DNA from: Camelus dromedarius
Lineage: Eukaryota
Assembly: GCF_036321535.1 (NCBI RefSeq)
Contig: NC_087437.1
Span: 37,202,001-37,266,000, forward strand
DNA length: 64,000 nt
Reading direction: 5' to 3'
The number at the start of each line of letters is the position of its first letter. The first letter of the stretch is position 1. Shown here piece by piece: positions 53,783-64,000 of the stretch. The position numbers and the translations under genes were made by a program. A model generated the notes under the pieces. The model saw only the letters and a program-made list of their open reading frames with translations, was not told the DNA's origin and ran no database searches.

Positions 53783-54088
53783 GATTGACTGTGGTGTGGT
53801 TACACAAAATTTCACATGAAATAGAAGTGAATAGAATTATTTACACCTATACACACACTTACACACACACACACACAAATAAATGAAAGCTTTAAAAAAT
53901 TATGAAACCGAATAACGTCTGTAGTCTAGGTAACAGTATACCAATATATCAATGTCAATTTCTTGGTTTTGATTTTGTACTAGTTATATATCTCCACTGG
54001 GGGAATCTAGGTTAAAGGTGCAAAAATATTTATGTACTATTTGTGCAATTCTTGTGAGTCTATAATGATTAACAATGAAAAGTTAAAT
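53783..54088 (+). mobile_element. L1ME-like 3' end with (CA)n
   Basis: TGTGGTGTGGTTACACAAA...CAATGTCAATTTCTTGGTTTTGAT...CTTGTGAGTCTATAAT. Confidence 0.7.
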
Positions 54089-55334
54089 AGCTTATTCATA
54101 TAGTACATACTCAATAATTGGTATAATTATAACCCTGTTAATCTGTCTGCCTTCTTAATTGAGAAATTAAAAGAAAAACTCTAACTTCAGCAAGGAAACA
54201 TGAATTTACAGTTTCATGCAATTTAACTACAAACTTTAAATACGTGTGTATGAGTATAAACTTTCAAAGTGAGGGTAACTGACCTTTTTATAGAGAGAGA
54301 TTTTTGAGGGGAAAAGGAGGATTGTAAAAGCAAACTAATGCTGACAAACAGAACTTGTTTTTTGCTGGTAATAAATAGGGCTTTAATGAAATATAATCCT
54401 AGTAAGTCAGTCTATAAGCTAATCAATTGACAGGAATATACTGGAAATTTACTCTTTCTCTTGTATTAATCTAGGAGAAACAGTGTTTTAATTAGCTGAC
54501 AAGCTGTGCCTTATCAATGTTTAAAAAGAGTATTAATAATATATTAATACCTCACTACATAAAGAGACCTTCTGGGTTCTTAGATTATTGATTACGCAGC
54601 TGATGGTTAAGCATTAATGAGTCATCTTTTTTCCTAATGTCCAAGCTTCTCCCTGGTTAGAAGTCCTGTTCTCAAGGAGACACATTTATTCTTTCAGGTC
54701 ATCAATGTGCCATTTAGTGCATCATTAGTCTAATAGAGAAAGTCTGCTCTAGTGTACTAAATGCTATCCCAGAGGTCAAAAGTTGTTTAATCCAACAAAT
54801 GTAATGATAGTCTGGAGTTTTGAGGAAATGATGCTGGATTCAGAAGTGAGTTAGCCAAAATTTGTGTTATAACTAGCATTGTGAATAAAGCCGTGTAGGG
54901 CCTCAAAGGAAACCAATTACTACTTATAGGTCATGGCTCTTGGAAGAGACTAGTAGCCTAATATAAAATAAGAATGTAATATGGGAGGCTGAGTTATAAA
55001 ACAATTCTTCAGGGACCGTATAGTCTAATGTTAGAGCCAATATTCTTTCAATATATCACCTAATAAGAAACAGAAAACAAAATTCCAGTGATATTAGATA
55101 CTGGAGTGATATTAGTGAGAGAATCTACATGCTCTTCACTGTCATTTAAAAAATTAAGTTCTATCTTATTCCATGAGTCTACATATTTTTTTTCATGATT
55201 CTACTTCCTTTGCTATAGGATGAAGTTCACACTTACTTTCATTTCTGGGAGATATCAAATTTTCAAATAATTATTGCTACCTAGAAAATTTACAGATTTT
55301 TTTATGCTAGACTTCAAAATGGCATATATAGCTA

Positions 55335-58300
55335 CAGCTTCAAAATACATGAGGCAGTAAGTAACAGATTTCATAGAATAAGTGGGAAAATTCACAATTA
55401 TATTTGGAGGCTTTGATATTTCTTTCTCAGTAATTTACAGAAAAAGTAGAGGGAAAAAATCAGTAAGTATATAGACCTCTTGAACTGCAGTATCAGTCAA
55501 CTCCACCTAACTAACATTTATAAAACACTTCAGCCAACAACATAATATATGTTCTTGTCAATAGCATATACAACATTCACCAGTGCAGACCATATTCTGG
55601 GTCATAATACAAACCTTTAGAAAAGTAAAAGAATATAAATAATACAAAGTACATTCTCAGTTGATAACAGAGTCAAACAAAAATCAATACCAAAAAAGAT
55701 ACTCAAATTGAGATTCACATTTCTACATAATCCATGAGTTAAAGAATACATTTGAAAAGAAATTTTTAAAGTTGAACTGAATAAAAAATGAAAACACAAC
55801 ATAAAATTTGTGGGATATAGCTAAAGTAGAACTTAGAGGGAAACTGTAGCAGTAAAGGCTTACAATAGAAAGTAAGAAAAACCTAGGGTAAGTACCCTAA
55901 GCTTCCTTCTTAAGAAACTAGAGACATAAGAGCAAATAAAACATGAAGAGAATATGAGGAAGACAATAAAAAACATTAGAACAGAAACAAATGAAATTGA
56001 ATACAATAATAGAAAAAGAATCAATAAAACCAAAAACTAGTACCTTGAGAAGATCAATGAATTGATAAATCTCCAGTCAGACTGACTGTGGCAGAAAGAC
56101 TCTTGAGTGACCCCCATGATTACTGACTCCTGTGTTCTCTCCCTTTGCATATATGTGGGACCTAAAATTTGCTTCTAACAACAGAATATGGAAAAAAATA
56201 TTGGAATGTCAGTCCCATGATTATATCACATTGTGTGTGTCTCTGTCTTACTGGTAGGAACTCTCCTTGTTGACTTGATGAAGTAAGTGGCCATGTTGAG
56301 GAATCCCACATGGAAAGAAACTGCAGACAGCCTCTGTGAAGTGGAGGTGGTCTCTGGAACCTGAGCACTGCCTCAGCTACTGTCTCCAAGAAGCTGGTGC
56401 CCTCAGAACTATAACCACTAGGCAATAAATTCTACCAACAACCTAAGTGAGCTTAGAAGCATATAATGATATGTATATATATTTTATGATGTATATAATT
56501 ATACATCATGACCAGTGAGTTTTACCCTAAGATTTCAAAGCTGGCTAACAATCAAAAAACAGCCAATTAATTCACCATATTTATAAAACTCAGTGGATAC
56601 AGAAAAAGCTTTTGATATTCAGTCACAATAAACACTCTCTGTAAACTAGGAATAAAAACCATTTTAATGGAATATAACTTAGCAAGAAATAGCAACTAAT
56701 TATTAATTCATGCAACAATATGTATGATTCTTAAATGCATTTTGCCAACTATAAGAAGCCAGACCAGAACACTACAAATTGTGTGATTACATTCATATGA
56801 CTTTCTACAAAAGTCAAAACTCTTGGATGGAAAATATACCAGCAGTTGTAAGAGGCTGGGGGAGGGGGAGAATTTGATTATAAAGGAGCTGCACAAGGGA
56901 ATTTTTAGTTTGATGAAATTGTTCTGTAAGGCAGTTGCGGTAGACACATCTCCTTGGTTTTGTCAAAACCTGTGTAAGTATATGTCACAAAGATTTAACC
57001 ATAATGTAGGCAAATATTGAAAAATCAACTACAATGTGGGAGGAAACAGTATGGAACACAGACTATAACAAATGCAACTAACTGTATTACAAATGTGTTT
57101 GATGAAATGTGTTTGAAAACCTTAGCAAAGGGGGAGAAGGAAGCTGAATTAAGTTACTTAGGAAGACTGTGTTTGGGCTAGACATTGTAAGGCAAAAAAC
57201 AAACAAAACTGTACATAAATACTGTCCTATAGTTGACAAATGTGTTTCTCATAGTGGTACAGGTGAGCATTTGAAACTACTTCACATGTACACTAGGGCT
57301 GAATAAATACACATATATATTGTGTAACAATGAAGGACAGATTTCTCACTGTAAAGAAAAAATTATAATAATCCAGGCAGGAAGGATAGATGAATCTTGT
57401 AGTTATGGAGTAAAGTGAGATATTAGATGGACAGACTAATAAACATGGACATATATGTATACATGGGTATTATATATACATATATTTAGTGAGAGAGAGA
57501 GCAGGTATTTACATGTTTATTATATACAACAAGCCTAGGAAATACATAAAATATATAAATTAACATAAATTAATGTATATAACATATATATATTTCCTAG
57601 CTTTGTCTGTTGAAAAGGACATGAAATTAGACTCCCCAGTAGATATGATCACATCCAGTACCTAGCTCTAGGTTTCTAATATTATAGTTCCCAAAAGGAA
57701 GACAGTCTTGGTTCTAGGACAGAGGTAGGAGAAATATAAAATGAGGCTGGAGCATTTTGTACTACCAGACTATGTCAGGGCAAAATAAACCAACAAGCAA
57801 ACAAACAAATGGTGTCATGTCAAAGGGACACTGGCACCAACATGAAAGAGCCGTTGTTGGCTTAAGAAGGAATAATTTGAGTAAATAAATAAATAAATAA
57901 TGATAGTATTGGCTTATAACCCAAAGAATAAAATAAACGCCAATGAGTCCATATGATATAAAGAAATAACTGAATAAGTAAACAAATGGGTGAAGGAACA
58001 AATGTTCCCTACATAATAATTTTCATTAATAAATATAGAAGTAATGAGGTAAATGGAAAAATAATTATTATCCAACATAGTAACAATCCCTGCCAGTAAA
58101 ATACATTGGTAAATGCTAAAACTAGTGAATAAAAATTTAAGGAGAAACAAGGTATTTGTAGAGCTTCAAAGTATCTCCCTCCAAATACATATTAATTAGT
58201 ATAACAGTTTTAACATATATCTACAAATTCCTTGATACTCCTTCCAAGAGGTAGAGAATTACCCTTTTCTTGAATATAAGTTGACTTAGTGACTTGCTTC

Positions 58301-58525
58301 TAATGAATGGAGTATGGCATGGAAAATTTTTAAATTTTACATTGGAGAAACCAGATTGCCCCTTAATAAAAGATCAAAATTTTCATCACAAATAATGTTG
58401 TATTGATATCATGTATTTCCTAATATATGAGAAAGTATTCTTCACAGAAGTTTATAATCCAAGTCTAATAACAAAACATGTTATAAACCCAAATTGAAGG
58501 ACATTCTGTTACACACTTGACCAGT
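55335..58525 (+). mobile_element. Fragmented old L1 (ORF2 EN-region piece, short RT piece, long L1MC/MD-type 3'UTR)
   Basis: GCTTCAAAATACATGAGGCA, ACATTCACCAG...GACCATATTCTGGGTCATAA, AAAATTTGTGGGAT; 3'UTR GAGCATTTTGTACTACCAGA and AATAAATAATGATAGTATTGG. Confidence 0.8.
56087..56462 (+). mobile_element. MaLR LTR (MLT1E/F-like), 3'-truncated, nested in L1
   Basis: TGTGGCAGA...CTTCTAACAACAGAATATGG...GCCATGTTGAGG...CCCACATGG...AATTCTACCAACAACCTAAGTGAGCTTAGAAG. Confidence 0.8.
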
Positions 58526-61500
58526 ATTTTGGTGAGCATTAAATGGTAGTCTATTTTTGAAGTTCAATCTATTTTTTTCTTATCTCAAGTAATTTTTCTG
58601 TGGACTGAAACTTTGTAACCCATTTAGCAAGCTGAATATGTCAGAGTTCATTAGACTCATGTATTTCACAAAGCAGTCGGGGTCTTACTCACCAACCCAA
58701 GTGGTATATTAAAATATCTAACCAAACTCTCATAGCACTATTTCTGAAAGCAAAATCTGGCAAAATGTTCATATTAGACCACCTCATTTCAATCCTCTAG
58801 GATTAAAAAAGGATCATCAGATCCCTTAATTTGGCTAAACTGACAGTTCCAGCAGTGTATTCTTCAGACAGATGGCCAAAATGACATTTTTTTGCTTTCT
58901 CCATTCCTCTGCATCTTATACTACTTGGCGATAAATTCTCCAGATATATCTACTCTCCTATATATGTGATAGTACCTGTCAACTGGGAAAACTGGGACCG
59001 AGTCTTTTTGAATAGGCACTTAGATTGAAGTCTCTGAGTGATATGTGGATGACAACACATTCTGCTAGTCAATGATGACAGTGCTGACATCCCTTTTTTT
59101 CAGAAGGCCCCCAGAGATGTTTTTCCATAATCTTAGAAGGCTTTGGTTATCTTCCAGTACTGGTTAAGAAGGTAGCAGACCTTCTCATCTTTTTACCTTT
59201 CCTTCCAATACGAGAGAATACAAATAGAAGAGTGAGTTTGCTGACCAAGTGAAAGCTTAACATTTAAAAGAGCATCAATATTTATGTCTAAAAACCTCAA
59301 ATACTCATGGAGTCACCAATAAATTTAACCATGAGGCAAGTGACTATGAAGGTTTCTTTGGTGCTCTGGGCGGAGGGCCATTGGGTAGAGGTCAGAGTGC
59401 AGAACCAGCTGTTAACTATGTCTAGAAAACTCATGACAAGGAAAGAAAGCTCAAGAAAGGAGATGATGTCTAGTGTGATTACTCTCAAGAGATGGCAGCA
59501 AAAGAGAAGCCATTCTTCCTTCTCCTCCAGCTAGGAGCCGACTTTGGGATAGTGGAGGCTGTTACCTATACCAGGAATGCAGGAAAGAAGTGGGGTGCAG
59601 TTTTTCTGTCATACCACAGCACTGATCAGTAGAAACCCAGGGATTTGTAGGGATTACAAGACTGAGCAGAAAATAACCCATCACTTCAAAGACCTACGAG
59701 ACATTCAGATGAAATAGGCACATAAAAGCATTATTATGTTATTATATTATCTGATGTGGTAAGGAATATTAAGGGAAAGTGGAGGAAAAGTACACTGCCT
59801 ACATGTTAGGGAAGTGTTGGTGGATATATTGAAGAAGGACTTCTGGAAGAATGTCCCGAGAAAGATGGCACTATGAGCACAGGCACAGTCCCTAGACAGC
59901 GTGCCCTGTGTGCAGAGAACTCTGAGCCATTCTGTGCAGCAGGACTGCCAAGTTTAAGAGAAGCAATGATGCTGGACAGACAGGCAGTTTTGATCCACGG
60001 AGATGTTCATCATCTGATTTGAATAGATGCTCTATTTATTATCATATTGTCATATAAAACTGATTCACAATTTAGTTCAACTCCAACGTTACTGATTTTT
60101 TATTCTATTTCTTTTTTTAAAATTTTTATTCTATTTCTTGAGGTCTGATATCTCCAGCAGAGAAAGTTAGGAGTTTATTTTAACATAGCTACCTGATATG
60201 ATGTCTTCATTTTTTTCATAGTATCTTCAACACTTTTCACTATATATGTCAGGAATTAAAAAACTAAATAATTGTTGGTTCTTAAAATGAACTCCCAAAT
60301 ATTTCCAAAACCCAAGCCTGTTCACCTTACTTATTTTATACTATTAAATCAACACAATTTATATGAGTGGACTGTTTCCTGAAAATCATTTGTCAGTCAT
60401 GCATTTAAAAATCTGGATGCTGGTGAAATCTGACACAGTTGAGTGCCAAATATACCAACATTTCAGTGGGTAAAGTGTATTGGAATATTATATATGTCAG
60501 TTGATTGCTTCTCTGGAAAAGGATAGAAAGTGAAGTGTTAGGAAAAAACAAGAGCGTGTTTATAGCACCACTACACATTTGCATGCTTGATGTTTTTGTT
60601 TTTATCCTTCAGATTTCATAGTTTCCATGAAGAGGGGATATGTGAAAAGAATAATCTTTGAGGAACTCAGAGTAATAAATATGCATGAGCATTTTTTCCA
60701 ATTATTGTGGAAACTGCTTTTTGTAATTTATTTCAGATTTTGTATTAAGGTGTTATAATTACCAGATTATATGTGAGTAAGCTGAATCTACATAGATGTT
60801 TTCTCATGTCAATTGGGAAATATAAACTAAGCACATTGAGCAGAATATAGCCAGTGCAATCTGTGGTAAAATGCAGTTTACAGTTTCCTAAGTACAAATA
60901 AAATTAGTATTTCCAAAAATATAAAACTCATTCATCTTGTGACTTTTCAGAACTGAATTCAGTGTGTATTTGCATTTTTGTTTCTTCGTATGAGGCTCCT
61001 TCAGCTCCAAGAAAGAGGACAAAGCAAGTTAGGTTAAAGTCAACAGGGAGATTTTTAGAATGATATGGTATGAGACCCAATGCTGTAAATCTCAGTGAGG
61101 TTTTGGAAAGGCTGACTCCAGGAACTAGCAAGTCCAGAGGAAGAGAAAGCTCTCTTTTCTCACTCTTAACTTTGTTCTCGCTGTCCCCTACTGGCTCTTT
61201 CTGCCTCTCAGTATTCCTCTTCTCTAGAGTTAGACAATTTCATTCTCTATTTCTCCCTTCTGTTTTTCTTTTTTATCTGCTTCCTTCTTCTATTTCATCT
61301 GACCATCTTTCTATGGACCTGGCCCAGCCTTCCTTCTATGTGACTTTCTAATTCACAGGCTTGATAGAGCCTCACTAGAAATATTCAGTTCTATCTTCAA
61401 ATTCCAGGGAGAGACTCCAGTTAGCCTGGTTGATCAAGCTACTCATCACGGTCCTAACTGGTAGTTCCTGTGGTTCAGGGGCAGGGCCATGTGGCTTGGG

Positions 61501-61819
61501 AAAGAAGCTCCTTTATAACAGTCAGTTAGGGGTCCTTGAGAAAGAGGTGGGGGAATAGGAAGAAAGTGCCTGGAGGAGAAATATTTGTTATTTCTGGTAA
61601 ATGGACTCTTTCTTGGCTTTCCACATGAAGAAAGTAAAGTTGAAGAGGACTTTTATTTTCTGTAATAAAATAAAAGGCTGAAAGTGATTTTTTCCCCAGA
61701 AATTTTAATTAATTCACTTTCCAAGCCAGATCAAGGCCCATTTGATCTCCCAAAAGATGAGTTTCCACATAATATCAGGAATTCTACCAGTCCTCCCCTA
61801 ACTGAAAAGATCAAGCCAT

Positions 61820-61980
61820 TAGACTACAATAGCCTGAGTGTGAAAGTTGACTTTAACTTGCCAGTGTCTGAATACAGAGAACACATCACTTACCTTCTCT
61901 GTGTTTGTGCTTCCTAATTTATAAAATGAGGAAAATTAAACCTAACTCATAGGAATTATGAATTGATGAAATGAAATGTT
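61820..61980 (+). mobile_element. MIR fragment
   Basis: CATCACTTACCTTCTCTGTG...TTCCTAATTTATAAAATGAGG...CCTAACTCATAGG. Confidence 0.65.
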
Positions 61981-62173
61981 CTACTTCTATTTCTACACTA
62001 GCTACCATCTAGCAAGTGATACTAAGTGCCCAGTTCTCTTGGCCTTGCATGTATGGACTTATTTAATCTGTTACATAATACAACACTTGTTACTGGTCTA
62101 GCCTGTGATATCTTTCACGTAACTGAAAGCTATCATCAGTTATGATTTACCTGTGAAACCAAGAAAGACCCTG

Positions 62174-62813
62174 TGTTACCTTCCCAGTGACAGACCCCAC
62201 CATGTCCCCCATTTCCTGTTTGTAGGAAGAACACTTTAGTATCCTAAGCCTTCTAGAGTTCCAAAGAGCAGGCACAAACAGCCACTAATTAGGGAAGCGA
62301 GGGAATGCAGAAACAAAAAAAAAGCAGTCAAGCAGTAAGAGTAATGATAGCTTGAACAATAGTTCAGCAATAAAACAGAGTCCTAGTTCTCCCTCAACAT
62401 ATACATAACAATCTGACGCATATCTTTGAGTTGTTCTGCAGGAACTAAGACCCCAACTCAGTTGAAGGATGGTGACTCATGCTGATCACAAGCAAGTAGA
62501 CCCCAGAATGGTTGGAACCAGAAAGTTGATGATGAAGATTCCCTAAACATCATGTTTTTACTTCACCACCAACCAATCAGAAGAAAGCCCATGAATTGAT
62601 CCTACTCCCTGCAACCTTCACCCCTAATGTTGCCTTAAAAACCCTTCCCTGAAAGTCCTCAGGGAGTTTGGGTCTTTTAAGCATTAGCTGTCTATTTTGC
62701 TTCTTTGGTGCCCTGAAATAAATGCTGTAATTTCCTTCACCACAATCCAGTGTCAGTAGATTGACTGGCTTTGCTGCACACAGAGGAGCAAACCTGGGTT
62801 CATTTCAGTAATA
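62174..62813 (+). mobile_element. ERV1-class solo LTR with 4-bp target-site duplication
   Basis: Ends TGTTAC...GTAATA flanked by CCTG (62170-62173 and 62814-62817); CCAAT 62573-62577, TATA-like CCTTAAAAA near 62634, AATAAA 62717-62722. Confidence 0.85.
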
Positions 62814-63409
62814 CCTGTGGTGATTTCATTTGAAAATAAAATAATTTGGTTTAAAAGAATAATGATTTTTTGATAATAAATGAAATCAGTGTATACATCT
62901 ATATATAAAAATGCATCTATTGCTTGGAGATTTGTACTCACCTATAATTAATATTCTTCTGTTCACCAATCTAGTATATAGCCATTATGGTTGGTCCTAT
63001 TTGTTGCCTACGCTAAGGTGGAGACAGTGGATTCTAAGACAATTTTTCCTTTCTGAGTTACAGAAAGATGCAAGAAGAACATCATTCCTTCTCTGTTTGG
63101 CCCATTTGCATTTTACTACAGAATGTAGTTAGTTATGTGAGAACATGATGATGCCAGGAGCAAAACAATGAAATAAGCCTGAATATAAAATTTGTTATCT
63201 TAAAGACAGCAAAGATGGGGGGAAAAATAGTAAAATGAGAGCTTTAGCAGCTACGTAGATAGGCACCTGAAAGCTTGAAAAGACTTGAATGAGCTTAAGT
63301 ACTTAATCATTGTGTTGAGACATTGAAACAGCCATGAAAAGACTACTTCTGGGCTTATTATGTGAAATGGCTAAATCTTTACTGTTTGAATCACCTCTTC
63401 ATCCCACTG

Positions 63410-63965
63410 GTAGAGGAGGGATTCTATGAGGATGGCTGAACATAAGAGCCCACTCTGGCCATATGTGATCAGCAACCGGGGTAGAGGATACTGCATGCCA
63501 TGCAGGGCTACAAGGAGGTTGCACTCAGGAACAGTGGTGCTAAGGGAGACTCTGTATTATCAAAAGGGTGAGGTGCACTCTGGTTCCCAAGGAATATGTG
63601 ATTAGCTAGTTTGAATAATCTGGATACTAGTAGGGTACTGAAAACAGATACCCAGGGACAAACAAGATGCGCATTCCATCCATTTGGTCAGAAAGGTTGT
63701 TTGGCTAGGGGACTTTCAATGCAGGAGCAGAGTAAGGAGGGGAACTTGTGGTTAAGCCATTACAGCAGCATATAATATTGAAACTTAATTTCAGGCTTTT
63801 CACCATAGTCACATATTCTGTAACTTGCAACTGAAAGCGTCTTCACTGATAGACAACTTGATAAAGGGAGTACTTAGTGAGCAACTTGACTGTGGTACAT
63901 TTGAACCTGGCTTTGATAGCAACAAGGATCAGAATATCATCTGATGGAGAAAACATTGACAGTGC
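63410..63965. mobile_element. ERVL-type LTR fragments (MER76-like, tentative)
   Basis: AGGGTGAGGTGCACTCTGGTTCCC...TGTGATTAGCTAGTTTGAATAAT...GTTGTTTGGCTAGGGGAC...GGAGGGGAACTTGTGGTTAAGCCATT; second piece starts TGTGGTACATTTGAACCTGG at 63891. Confidence 0.5.
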
Positions 63966-64000
63966 TAATAAATATACCCATATTAATATTTTTAGCCACT

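Noticed and set aside
58980..59500. Possible L2/CR1 endonuclease remnant on the - strand
   Set aside because: Only a very short DFN-like motif seen; too weak to call without a profile search
1..64000. CRISPR array, operon or other prokaryotic/viral system
   Set aside because: No regularly spaced repeat-spacer array and no dense coding; the sequence is mammalian and repeat-rich. The remaining 60-100 aa ORFs have no recognisable homology

Overview
AT-rich, repeat-dense placental-mammal genomic DNA (intergenic or long-intron type). No intact host protein-coding gene, rRNA, tRNA or CRISPR array is supported. One young tRNA-derived SINE resembles the camelid Vic-1 family, and I saw no Alu, B1/B2, BovB/Bov-A, PRE-1 or Can-SINE, which suggests a camelid genome (inference). 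The window is a mosaic of L1 fragments of several ages, MIR/L2 relics, MaLR/ERVL/ERV1 LTR elements and DNA-transposon fossils (MER20, MER33, MER53, three Tigger2-type MITEs, one hAT-Tip100 element with a readable transposase C-terminus). The only host-gene-derived sequence is a processed RPS20 pseudogene. It is the most unusual object here: 5'-complete, 3'-truncated, without poly(A), and embedded in an isolated L1 5'UTR. A candidate recursive-splicing-type exon at 18.8 kb is the next lead. Repeat family names come from recalled consensus sequences, not a database search, and boundaries of old repeats are approximate. I found no convincing evidence of a wholly new biological system.
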